Positions 49,540-60,155 of a stretch of 64,000 bases of DNA are shown in pieces. The stretch is taken from the NCBI GenBank assembly GCA_963812605.1, contig CAWEWF010000014.1:288001-352000 (forward strand). The letters run 5' to 3'. The translations under genes and the position numbers were made by a program. This DNA comes from an uncultured Verrucomicrobiae bacterium (GTDB lineage Bacteria > Verrucomicrobiota > Verrucomicrobiia > Palsa-1439). How positions within the stretch are numbered: the first letter of the stretch is position 1; every line of letters starts with the position of its first letter. Below the pieces are notes generated by a model. That model did no database searches, was not told the DNA's origin, and saw only the letters and a program-made list of their open reading frames with translations.

Positions 49540-50510
49540 ATGAAACGGGTCATCGTCACCGGGGGAACAGGATTCGTCGGGGCCAACCTGGCGGCACGGC
49601 TGCTTCGTGACGGCCATGAAGTGCACCTGTTGGTCCGCGCGGGTTACCAGCCGTGGCGCATCAAGGCGATCCGTGAGTGAAATCCGTCTCCACGAGGTGC
49701 AACTGCACGACATCGAAGCGGTGACATGCGTCATCGACCAGATCCGTCCCGGACTGGGTGTTTCACCTGGCGGTGTACGGGGCGTTCTCTTCGCAAACCG
49801 ACGTGCAGCAGATGGTGCAGACCAACATCCATGGGACGATCAACCTGGTACAGGCGTGTCTGAAAACCGGCTTCGAGGCTTTCGTCAACACCGGTTCGTC
49901 ATCCGAATATGGTTTCAAGGATCACCCTCCCGCCGAGACGGAAGTACTCGAACCAAATAGTCCGTACGCGGCCAGCAAGGCCGCCGGCACACTTTTTTGC
50001 CGCCAGACCGCGCGTCACCAACACATTCACCTGCCCACGCTGCGATTGTATTCCGTGTATGGGCCCTACGAAGACCCCACGCGCCTGGTGTCGACGCTGA
50101 TTGTTCGTGGGTTGCAGGGAAAATTGCCGCCGCTCGTAGGCCCGGAAACCGCGCGCGATTTCGTCCATGTCGACGACGTGGTGGAGGCCTATCTACTGGC
50201 CGCAACGCATCCCGGACAGGAACCCGGCGCCATTTACAACGTGGGCGCGGGCATCCAAACCACCGTACGCGAGGCCGTGGCCGTCGCCCGGCAGGTGCTG
50301 GAGATTTCCGCCGAGCCGTGTTGGGGAACGATGCCCGCTCGCTCGTGGGACACGAGCGTCTGGGTGGCGGACAATCGAAGGATTTGTAAGCAACTCGGGT
50401 GGGCGCCGCGCTACAGTTTCCCCCAAGGTTTCGCGGCAACCGTAGAATGGTTCCGCGCGCATCCGGATCTTCTGCCGGTGTATCGCCGCGAACTTTCGGC
50501 AGTGTCCTAA
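49540..50510 (+). CDS. NDP-sugar epimerase/reductase, frame breaks near 49672 and 49750
   Basis: IVTGGTGFVG, FHLA, GSSSEYG, YAASK, RDFVHVDD across three frames. Confidence 0.82.
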
Positions 50511-50512
50511 TC

Positions 50513-50584
50513 TGGAGGGCCACGCTCCATCGTGGCCGTCCGTGATCGTTGACGACAGCGGACGCGACGGAGCGCGTCCCTCCA
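50513..50584. repeat. GGAG-type REP doublet
   Basis: tGGAGggccacg-ctccat-cgtggcc ... ggacgcg-acggag-cgcgtccCTCCa. Confidence 0.65.
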
Positions 50585-50627
50585 ATTCTCCGTGGACGGT
50601 ATGCAAGCTTGTGGATATGATTGAAGC

Positions 50628-50915
50628 GTGAACGAGCGCATCAAAATTTACAAGGATGCCGTGGAGACAGCCCACAAGTGCAAGGCTCTATGTGATCAAT
50701 CCATGCCGGTGGGTGAGATGTTCGGGGATAAAGTCGTGTGGGAAGGTATCGTTGAGAAGTTTGCCCTGTTAGAGCATCCCAAAGCCAAATGGTGCTATGC
50801 GTGGAGCTTCAAGGATGGCAACACAACGCGCTACATTACCGTTTCGGAGCTTCCCCCTGTCGAATCACCACAAACCGCTGTGCGGGTCGCCATTGCGAGC
50901 AAGGCACAGAAATAG
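50628..50915 (+). CDS. Small hypothetical protein (possible mobile-element passenger)
   Basis: VWEGIVEKFALLEHPKAKWCYAWS...PPVESPQTAVR; lower GC than its neighbours. Confidence 0.6.
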   Translation: MNERIKIYKDAVETAHKCKALCDQSMPVGEMFGDKVVWEGIVEKFALLEHPKAKWCYAWSFKDGNTTRYITVSELPPVESPQTAVRVAIASKAQK

Positions 50916-50918
50916 CCA

Positions 50919-51134
50919 ATGCATTTGCTTGTAAGTATTCTGTGCTTCCTCGCCTTTCCAGTCATAATGGTTTTGTGGTGGCGGCGCTATGGAGCGATTT
51001 TGATGGGTGAAAAGCGTCTTGATTTACGGGAGTATGCTCGCGGTTGGCTGATTTCTTTCGTAATTATCCTAGTTGTTCTCGCAATCAATGCCATGACACA
51101 TGGCCGTCTTCTCTCCTTGTTAATTTCAAATTAG
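50919..51134 (+). CDS. Small 2-TM protein
   Basis: Two hydrophobic segments; AT-rich; its stop codon lies inside the IS-like end. Confidence 0.45.
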   Translation: MHLLVSILCFLAFPVIMVLWWRRYGAILMGEKRLDLREYARGWLISFVIILVVLAINAMTHGRLLSLLISN

Positions 51135-51143
51135 GGCACTACC
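51125..51143 (+). mobile_element. Probable IS1-family-type terminal inverted repeat (isolated end)
   Basis: TTCAAATTAGGGCACTACC, related to the motif at 11885-11903; sits at the edge of an AT-rich two-gene insert. Confidence 0.45.
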
Positions 51144-51197
51144 GAACTTTCGGAAAGGTTGAGTCCTTAAGGCCGGGCTGGTATGGTGGGGGCTGAC

Positions 51198-52929
51198 ATG
51201 AGGACGATTAAAGTTTCCGATTACGTCGCTGAATTTCTCCATGCGCAGGGGGTTCGCCAGGTTTTTGAGCTCGTGGGCGGAATGATTACCCAATTCGTGG
51301 ATTCGATTCATGTCCAGGGCAACATCCAGTTGATCAGCGTTCACCACGAGCAGGCGGCGGCTTTTGCCGCGGACGCCGTGGGCCGCGTGACCGGCGTGCC
51401 GGGCGTGGCGATGGCCACCAGCGGACCGGGGGCGACGAACCTGCTAACGGGCATCGGCAGTGCGTACTTCGACTCATCGCCGACGGTATTCATCACCGGA
51501 CAGGTCACCCGTAGCGAACAAAAAGGCCAGCGCGCGGTTCGGCAACTTGGCTTTCAGGAAACGGACATCGTACCCATCGCTACACCTCTCACCAAAGCGG
51601 CCTGGCGCGTTCAGGTCCCCGAGGAAATCCCTGGCCGCCTGATCGAGGCGTTCCTTCTGGCGCAATCGGGACGACCAGGGCCGGTACTGCTCGACATCCC
51701 GATGGACGTGCAGAGCGTGCAGATCTCGACAGAATCCCCGGTTCGTGTGATGCCCACGCCGTCGATCGCGCCCGATGCCGCAGCCATCGAGCAGATGCTC
51801 GGTGAATTGGCTGCGGCGCAGCGCCCGTTGATTCTCGTGGGCGGCGGAATTCGCGCGGCGCGCGCGACGGAGGTGCTCCGTGGATTTGTCGACCGGGTGC
51901 GCGTGCCCGTGGTCAATTCACTTCTGGCCATGGATGCGCTGCCGTACCAGCACCCGCAACGGGTTGGGATGATCGGTAGCTACGGCAACCGCTGGGCGAA
52001 TTTCGCCCTCGCGGAAGCGGATTACCTGCTGGTGTTGGGCAGCCGCCTGGATGTGCGTCAGACCGGCGCATTGACCGAAGCCTTCAAAGGCAACCGCACG
52101 ATCGTGCACGTGGACTGCGATGTGGCGGAGATGAATAACCGCGTCAAAGGCTGCCGCGCCATCGTGAGCGATTTGCAGGCCTTCCTGCCAGCGGCGCTGT
52201 CGTTGGCCGCGCATCGGGAATTTCCCGAGCATGCCGATTGGATGAAGCAGATCAGCAAACTGAAGTCCGCGTGGCCGGACACGCGGGAATTGCAGGACAT
52301 GCCCGGCATCAATCCGAATGTCTTCATGCATCAGCTATCGGCGCGCTCGCGGGCCGCCGCGGCGTACGTGGCCGACGTGGGCCAGCATCAAATGTGGGCC
52401 GCGCAATCCCTGGAACTGGATACGCACCAACTCTTCCTGACCTCGGGCGGGATGGGAGCGATGGGCTTCGGATTGCCGGCGGCCATCGGCACCGCGTTGG
52501 CCTGTCCCGGCCGCGCGGTGGTAATGATTGCGGGTGACGGCGGGTTTCAATTGAATCTTCAAGAATTGCAGACGGTGGTGCGTAACAAGCTGCCGTTGAA
52601 ACTGGTGATCCTGAACAACCGTTGCCACGGGATGGTGCGCCAGTTTCAGCAAAGCTATTTTGGGGAACGCTACCAATCCACGTTCTGGGGCTACTCCGCG
52701 CCGGATTTCACGCAGGTCGCGCGGGCCTACGGGATCGCCGCCGCCACGGTGGAGGAGGCCGGCGAAGGTCGGGGAAGCCGTGGACGCGATGTGGCAGGAC
52801 CCCGGCGCGCCTTTCTTATTGCAGGTCATGATCGACACCATGTCGAACGCGTATCCAAAAGTTGCCTTCGGCAAACCGATCACCGAGATGGAGCCGTTCG
52901 CCAAACCGGTCGAGATGGAAGGCACTTGA
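51198..52929 (+). CDS. ThDP-dependent enzyme (acetolactate synthase/YerE-like), frame break near 52765
   Basis: HEQAAAFAA, ATSGPGATN, GRPGPVLLDIP, GDGG...NN ThDP motif; the C-terminus is in ORF 52660..52929. Confidence 0.85.
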
Positions 52930-52937
52930 GGACTGCC

Positions 52938-54632
52938 TCAAGGAAACTGATACACGAAGAGCGTGTCGGCCACTCGCGCCGTCGGCTGGCGCGTTTCCCG
53001 CAGCCAGGCCCATTCGGGCCGCATCAACTCCGAGGCGGATACCACCAACCAGCCTTGTACGATCTGGCGCGCCTTTTCGGCGTCAATGCGCGTGTTGGGG
53101 ATCTTCAGGTGTTCGATGGAGAACTGCGTGCCGAAATAATCGAGATAGATCTGGCCGATGTGACGTTCGTCGAGGAATGCCTTCAGCCGCTTCGCGTCCT
53201 GTCCCCAATCATAGTTCGAATCGATCAGATAACGGTAACCGTTATTCGCACCACCCACGGCTTCGCTGAAGAACTGCAGGTACAGCGGCGCGCAAGCGAG
53301 GCAGATGACGGCTTGCCAGGCAACCAGTACGCCGACGAGCCATTGTTTCAGGTGCGGGATGGCGCAACCAATGCCGACGGTCAGCAGGGGAAGCATGGGG
53401 AGCAAATGACGGACCCCAATGTTCACTTTGCTCGTCATTGCCGCGAGGAGGTAGAGCGCCGCGCTTGCCCAAGCGGCCCACTCCAGCGGGCGAGATTGCG
53501 CGCGGTTCTTGAGAAATACGACGATGGCCGTGACGAGCAGGGCGCTGAACGCCAGCGGTGACTTCAGGAAAAGCGCGACCGGGTAATAATACCACCAGCC
53601 TTGCTGGGACCATTCCCCGAGCAGATAACCTTCGTGCCCTGTCTTCGAGTGCCCCAGGGTGAGCGCGAGCCCCTTGAAGAAATCGGGCGGAATCAGCAAC
53701 GGACGAAAACCCTGAAACCATCCCGGCACCCCGAGCGCCGTGGCCTGGGCTTCGGGCATCTCCGGCGCGGGCAGCCAGCGCGGAAAATTTACAAGAAGCA
53801 CGACAGCCCAGGTCGCGGCAAAACCGATGGCCGCCATTTTGGCGACGTTGACTTTTGCCGCGCCCAGTTTCTTCCAGGATAGCGCGGTCAACACGACGTA
53901 AATCGGCGCGAGGGTGATGGCGGTGAATTTCATCATCAGCGCCACGCCTGTGACCGCACCGCAGAGCGCCATGTTCCGGTTCGTCGGGGACTCGAGAAAG
54001 CGGGCGAAAAGAAAAATGGCGGCGGACATCGCCAGGGTGACGCCAATATCGGTGGTGACGAGGTGACCGTTAGCGAGAGCGTTCGGGTTGAAGACCCACA
54101 GCGCCAGGGCGGACAGGGCGGCGAAGTCATTAGCGGTCACTTGCCGCACCCAGAAGAAGATCAACACCCCTACAGCGAGGGTGAGAAGGATTTGCACGCA
54201 GCGGCCGGCGAACAACAGGCTATCGCCGTCATTCTTCCCATCGTACACGAACATCTGGCCGAACATCTGGCTCTCCGGCAACGCCCAGTAATACCAGTTG
54301 TCCCGCCCCCCAGGAAAATAATCCTGCCATGCGCGGATCGGGCCGAACCACGGACGTGTCCAAGGGTAGCCGGCCCGTCCGTCCAATAAGGCGCGCGCGT
54401 TATCGGAATACCCGATGTCCATAAACAGCAATGGAACGGCGGGCAGCATCTGCGACAGCGGCGGGTGTTCCGGCTGGATCTTGTAGCGATAGCCCTTCCA
54501 ATAGGTGTAGCCCGCGCTAAGAGTCGTTGTCTCGTCCACCGTTGCGCTGTCTTGTCGGGCGGCCACAATCATCAACGCCGCCATCACGACAAGCAAGCCG
54601 GCGGCGACCCAAATTACTGGGGGTTTCTGCAT
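52938..54632 (-). CDS. GT39/PMT-ArnT-like GT-C glycosyltransferase
   Basis: SATVDE, EHPPL, VTTD, KFTA, GWWYYYP, IGVRHLLP, DSNYDWGQD. Confidence 0.8.
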   Translation of the reverse strand: MQKPPVIWVAAGLLVVMAALMIVAARQDSATVDETTTLSAGYTYWKGYRYKIQPEHPPLSQMLPAVPLLFMDIGYSDNARALLDGRAGYPWTRPWFGPIRAWQDYFPGGRDNWYYWALPESQMFGQMFVYDGKNDGDSLLFAGRCVQILLTLAVGVLIFFWVRQVTANDFAALSALALWVFNPNALANGHLVTTDIGVTLAMSAAIFLFARFLESPTNRNMALCGAVTGVALMMKFTAITLAPIYVVLTALSWKKLGAAKVNVAKMAAIGFAATWAVVLLVNFPRWLPAPEMPEAQATALGVPGWFQGFRPLLIPPDFFKGLALTLGHSKTGHEGYLLGEWSQQGWWYYYPVALFLKSPLAFSALLVTAIVVFLKNRAQSRPLEWAAWASAALYLLAAMTSKVNIGVRHLLPMLPLLTVGIGCAIPHLKQWLVGVLVAWQAVICLACAPLYLQFFSEAVGGANNGYRYLIDSNYDWGQDAKRLKAFLDERHIGQIYLDYFGTQFSIEHLKIPNTRIDAEKARQIVQGWLVVSASELMRPEWAWLRETRQPTARVADTLFVYQFP

Positions 54633-54718
54633 GGCGGGAGTTTTTGCGGAACGGCACGGGCAATGCAACGCATTTTTTCATGGAAAAGCGGCCGGGTTTG
54701 CCTACACTGCCTCCACTT

Positions 54719-55652
54719 GTGGAAGCGCCACGTTATTCCGTCGTGATTCCGGTTTACAACGAACAGGAGAACCTGCCTGAATTGTACCGTCGGCTCACGA
54801 CCGTCCTGAAGCCGCTCAAGGAGCCGTACGAAATCGTTTTTGTCGATGACGGCAGCCGCGACGAGTCCCGGGCGCTCATCCGCAAACTGGCGGCGGAAGA
54901 CCAGAGCGTGCGGGCGCTGTTTCTCTCGCGCAACTTCGGCCATCAGGCCGCGTTGTCGGCGGGCCTGGATCACTCGCGGGGACAGGCGGTGGTTGCGATG
55001 GACAGCGATCTCCAGGACCCGCCGGAGGTCATTCCGCAGTTGATCGAGCGCTGGCGGCAGGGCTTTCAAGTGGTCTATGCCGTCCGCAAGAAGCGCAAAG
55101 AGGCCGCCTTGAAGAGAGCGGCGTATGTTCTGTTTTACCGTTTGCTTCACGGCATGGCGGACCTGGATATCCCCATCGACGCGGGCGATTTTTCGCTGGT
55201 GGACCGGCAGGTGGTGGACATCATGAAGAAGATGCCGGAACGCAACCGTTTCATCCGCGGCCTGCGCTCGTGGATCGGTTTCCAGCAATGCGGCCTGGAG
55301 TACGAACGCGACGCGCGTCACGCGGGCGAGCCCAAGTACACATTCACCCGACTGCTGAAGCTGGCGTTTGACGGATTTCTTTCCTTTTCGTATGTGCCAT
55401 TGCGCATGGCCTTCTGGCTGGGGCTGACCGCTTTTCTGATGTGCCTCCTCTATACGGGTTATGCGCTGTATGCGAAAATCGCGCTGGGCACGAATCCGCC
55501 GGGCTGGAACGTCCCTCATGATCGCCGTGATGCTTCTCGGCGGCGTGCAACTGGTCTTAATCGGCATCGTCGGCGAATACATCGCGCGCATCTACGATGA
55601 AGTAAAACAGCGCCCGTTTTACGTCGTCGGGGAACGCATCAACAGCGACTGA
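54719..55652 (+). CDS. GtrB/ArnC-like GT2 with two C-terminal TMs, frame break near 55508
   Basis: [45 protein letters not shown]; a GTG start just after a TACACT -10 box is assumed. Confidence 0.87.
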
Positions 55653-55653
55653 C

Positions 55654-56409
55654 TTGCAGGCCGCCTATTACACTGAGTACGCCGCGATCCAACGGGAACA
55701 CTGGTGGTATCGCGCCCGCGCGGAAATCCTGGAAGCAATCCTCGCCCGCCATCTTCAACCCAACCGGCAACGCCTGATCCTGGACATCGGCTGCGGACCC
55801 GGGGGGATGCGGCCAATGCTGTCGCAATTCGGCCGCCTGGCCTCGACCGATTTTACCTTTGAGGCGCTGCAGTTTTGCGCGGCGCAGAAGCTCGACTATC
55901 TCGTCGCGGCGGACGGGATGCGCCTGCCGTTTCGCGACAGCGGGTTCGATGCGGCGGTCGCCTTCGACGTGATCGAACATCTGAGTGATGACGGCCTGGG
56001 AGCGCGCGAGTTGTTTCGCGTGTTGAAACCACAAGGCTGGCTTTTCGTGACGGTTCCTGCTTTTCAGTTCCTCTGGGGACGGCAGGACATCGTCAGTCAT
56101 CATTTTCGCCGGTACAACTCGGCAGGACTGTCAACCGTCCTGCGCGCCGCGGGTTTCGACATTGAGCAGATCAGTTACTTCAACACATTCCTGTTCCCGC
56201 CCGTTGCGGCGATACGATTGGCCTACCGCTGGCTGGGATTGAACCGCGCCCGGGCCGGCCAGGAGATGAAATCCGACTTCTCCATGTCGCATCGCGGCTG
56301 GCGCAACGAACTGCCCCGGAAAATCTTTGCGGCGGAAAAGCCGTTTTTATTGCGCGGCAGGCTTCCCTTCGGCGTCTCGCTCCTGTGTGTTGCGCGCAAG
56401 CCTCAATAG
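55654..56409 (+). CDS. Class I SAM-dependent methyltransferase
   Basis: HWWYRAR, ILDIGCGPG, DVIEH, TVPA, HFRRY, LPFGVSL. Confidence 0.87.
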   Translation: MQAAYYTEYAAIQREHWWYRARAEILEAILARHLQPNRQRLILDIGCGPGGMRPMLSQFGRLASTDFTFEALQFCAAQKLDYLVAADGMRLPFRDSGFDAAVAFDVIEHLSDDGLGARELFRVLKPQGWLFVTVPAFQFLWGRQDIVSHHFRRYNSAGLSTVLRAAGFDIEQISYFNTFLFPPVAAIRLAYRWLGLNRARAGQEMKSDFSMSHRGWRNELPRKIFAAEKPFLLRGRLPFGVSLLCVARKPQ

Positions 56410-56453
56410 GCCTTGAGGTTGCGCACGTGCCAACGATCGGGGAGTGCTGCCGC

Positions 56454-58195
56454 TCATTGAGCGGGATGGTTCGGTGATGCGCCCAACGAATACACGAACA
56501 GTGTATAGCCGATCCGTTCCACGGGCGCATGGGTCGCGCGGAACCAGTCGTAGTCGGGCGCCATGAGATGCGTCGCGGAAACGACCAGATAGCTGTCGGC
56601 CAGATTGCGGATTTCCGCCGCCTTGACGCGTTCATTCGGAATATGCAGGTACTCGATCGCCATGCCCGTGCCGAAGTAATCGAGATAAATGCGCGTGGGG
56701 CGGCTCTTTTCCACCCACTTTTTTAGAAGTTTGCCATTCTGGCCCCAGTCGAAATTGGAATCCAGCAGATAGTTTTGTCCGTTGGCGGAGCCGCCGACAA
56801 GTTCGTTGAAATAGGCGATGTAATCGGAATGGGCTTGAAAGGCGGTCACCACCAGCCACGCCGCGAGGATCCAACCGATCAGTTGCTGCCGTGGTTTCAA
56901 GCGGGCGAATTCGGTCCCGGCCACCACGGCGAGCAGCGGGTAGATCGGCAGAACATGGCGGATGCCGATGTCGGCCTTGTTGGGAATGGCGCAGGCCAGG
57001 TAGACGGCGACCGCGATCAATGGAGCAGTTTCGGCGAAGGTCCACTGCCGGATTCGCCGTAGCGCCAGCGCAATAGCCGAAACGAAAAGCAGCAGGAGCG
57101 CAACCGGCGTCTTGACCAGGATGGCGACCGGATAGTAGTACCACCAACCTTTTTCCGACCATTGACCGAGCAGATAGGCTTTATGGCCGCTAAACACATG
57201 GATGAACATGATGGTGAATCCCTTGAAGAAATCTCGCGGTATCAGCGCCAAGCGAAAACTTGTGAACCAAGCCCGGAACTTGAAGGCGATCTGCGTCTTC
57301 CGGCGAGATCAGTGGCGGCGGCGATAAATGTGGGACGTACAATAACAGAACTATTCCCCAAGTGACGGCGAAGAGGAGCAGCACATTGCTGAAAACATTT
57401 CGTGCCGATGGCTGGTGAGCGGAACGTTTTTGCCGCCACCACGCGACCGCCGCGAGCGCGACAAAGATCGGGATCAGAATGACGGCGGTATACTTCGTGA
57501 GCAGTGCGGCAGCGAAGGCAATTCCGGCCAGGAGCGCCGTTCGCGGTCGGGGCGTTTCGAGGAACCGTGAAAACATCCAGACAGTCAAGGGCAGCATCAG
57601 GGCAATGCCCGGGTCGGTGATGATCAAGTGCCCATAGGCAAGGGCCAGGGGATTGAAGCACCACGCTACCATGGCGAGTAGTCCGCCGGTGTTATTGCTG
57701 AGCGACCTGGCCCACAAGAACACGAGCAGTCCCGTCGCCAACATGACCAGCGCTTGCATGAATCGACCCCAGAAAAGCAAGTTTGTTCGCGTCGTTTTGT
57801 GCGGCGTACACCAACTGGCGCCCGAACAACCCCGCCTCGATGGCGGGATAATGGTAGAAGGACTTCAGCGTGGGCGGGAGGTTCTCCTCGGATTCGGGCC
57901 GGTACCTCCATGTGTAGGCCAGATTTGAAAAGGATGCTCCATCAAAATAGGTTGCCGCGTGGGTGGGCGGATTCACGTTGAGGAACTGCAAGGGCAGCGC
58001 GCTCCAGAGTTGCATGAGCGGCGGGTGCTCCACGTTGAGGTAGTAACGGTGGCCCTGCCAGTAGGAATAGCCGGCGCCGAGGAAGACGGTTTCGTCGGTG
58101 GTGGCGGTTTCGTTGCGCATCGGTCCCCACATCAATGCCAGCGTGACGCCGAGAGCCAGCGCGACAGCCAGCCACGAGAGGCAGCGACGAATCAT
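56454..58195 (-). CDS. Second GT39/PMT-like GT-C glycosyltransferase, frame breaks near 57270 and 57775
   Basis: TATTDE, EHPPL, IITD, KYTA, GWWYYYP, IGIRHVLP, DSNFDWGQ; paralogue of 52938..54632 spread over three ORFs. Confidence 0.8.
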
Positions 58196-58277
58196 GGGGT
58201 CTTGGTAGGCGAAGCCAGCGGGTGAGTCGAGATTTTTCGTGATTTTTGCGGCCAACGGCCTTACAACGTGCAGTCTC

Positions 58278-59496
58278 ATGAAAATTGTCGTCGCATACTC
58301 GGGCGGGTTGGATACCTCGGTCATTTTGCATTGGTTGAAGGAGACCTATCGCTGCGAAGTCGTCGCCTTCTGCGCCGACATCGGGCAGGAGGAAGAACTG
58401 GCCGGCCTCGATAAAAAGGCGAAGGCCACCGGTGCGAGCAAATACTACGCACTCGACCTCGTCGAGGAGTTCGCCCGCGATTTCATTTTCCCGATGATCC
58501 AGGCCAGCGCGATCTACGAGAATCAGTATTATCTCGGCACCAGCATCGCGCGTCCGCTGATTGCCAAGGCGCAGGTTGAGATCGCCCGCAAAGAAAAGGC
58601 GGACACCGTGGCGCATGGCGCGACGGGGAAAGGCAACGACCAGTGTCGCTTCGAGTTGACCTACGCGGCGCTCGCGCCGGATCTGAAAATCATCGCGCCG
58701 TGGCGTTTGCCCGAATACCAGGCCCAATTCAAGGGCCGTACCGAGATGCTCGAGTACTGTGCCAAGAACGGCATCAAGGTCGAGGCCAGCGCCAAGAAAC
58801 CGTACTCGATGGACCGCAACCTCCTGCACATTTCCTTCGAGAGCGGCATCCTCGAAGACCCGTGGGCCGAACCGCCCGCGGACATGTTCAAACTCAGCGT
58901 CTCGCCCGAGGATGCGCCCGACAAGCCGGAGTACGTCGAGTTGGAGTTTGAATCCGGTAATTGCGTGGCGGTCAACGGCAAACGGCTTTCACCCGCCAAC
59001 GTCATGCGCACGCTGAACAAGCTCGGCGGCAAACACGGCATTGGCCGCGTGGACCTCGTGGAGAACCGCTTCGTCGGCATGAAATCCCGTGGCGTGTACG
59101 AAACGCCCGGCGGGACCATTCTGCATTTTGCCCATCGCCAGGTGGAAACGCTGACGATGGACCGCGAAGTCATGCACTTGCGCGACTCGCTCATCCCGCG
59201 CTACGCGGAGCTGGTGTACTACGGATTCTGGTTCAGCCCCGAGCGCGAAGCGCTGCAGGCCCTCGTCACTGAAAGCCAAAAGAACGTCAGCGGCACTGTG
59301 CGTTTGAAGCTCTATAAGGGCAACGTCATTACCGCCGGACGCAAGAGCCCGCTCTCGCTGTACAACCCGTTCATCGCGACGATGGAAGCCGACAAAGGGG
59401 CCTACAACCAGACCGACGCCACCGGGTTTCATCCGATTGAATGCCCTGCGCCTGCGAACGCGCGCGGCGGTGCTGAAAAAGGCGAAGAAGAAATAA
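58278..59496 (+). CDS. argG: Argininosuccinate synthase, frame break near 59425
   Basis: [31 protein letters not shown]; the corrected end reads [11 protein letters not shown]...KKK* (TAA at 59494). Confidence 0.95.
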
Positions 59497-59505
59497 TTTC
59501 TGGCA

Positions 59506-60061
59506 CTATTTCGCGGCGAGCAGCGGTTTCAATCGCGGTCGTTACTTCGGGCGAATCTGGGGTTGTTGCCGAGTCAAACCGTTTGAGGATGGCGCCGTCG
59601 CGGCCGATGAGGAACTTGGTGAAATTCCATTTGATGTCGCCGGGAAACGGCGAGTCTTTGCCCGCCAACGCCGTGTAGAGCGGATGGCGATTGGGGCCAT
59701 TCACGTCGATCTTGTCGAACAGCGGGAAAGTGACGTTGTATTTGTTGGAACAGAACAGCTTGATCTCTTCGTCCGTGCCCGGCTCCTGCGAGCCAAACTG
59801 GTTGCAGGGGAACCCGAGAATAACGAGGCCCTTGTCCTTGTATTTCTCGTAGACGGACTGGAGGGCGGTGTATTGCGGAGTAAAGCCGCACTTGGAAGCC
59901 ACGTTGACGATAAGGAGCACCTTGCCCCCGTAGGCGGCCAGCGAAGTGTCCTTGTGGTCGATGTCTTTGACGGGGATTTTGTAGATTTTGTAGAGGGACT
60001 GCGCGCGGGTGGTCATGGTTTGTGTCAGTAACGATGCCGCGAGAAGCGCGAAAATTTTCAT
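59506..60061 (-). CDS. Glutathione peroxidase family protein with a signal peptide
   Basis: [25 protein letters not shown]; the natural stop is probably at 59506 once one extra base is removed. Confidence 0.88.
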
Positions 60062-60155
60062 ACAGGCATGGTAGCATCGGGCTGGGCGGCGCACAAGCGA
60101 TGGCGATTGCGCGGTCGAACACTCCCGGTGACGAATTGATTGTTTGTTCTGGTGG

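Noticed and set aside
51183-53561. 792-aa ThDP 'fusion' protein in the ORF track
   Set aside because: The tail is read-through antisense to the GT39 gene after a frame break; the real C-terminus ends at 52929.
54652-54667. Sigma54-like CGGCACG-N4-ATGCA
   Set aside because: It is explained as well by the opposite-strand sigma70 -35 box and spacer of the GT39 gene.
59425-59678. Long antisense overlap between argG and the peroxidase
   Set aside because: It disappears when one extra base is removed from each gene (stops at 59496 and 59506).
59973-59995. Short tandem duplication (YKIYKI) in the peroxidase
   Set aside because: A 9-bp in-frame duplication near the N-terminus; trivial slippage or sequencing error.
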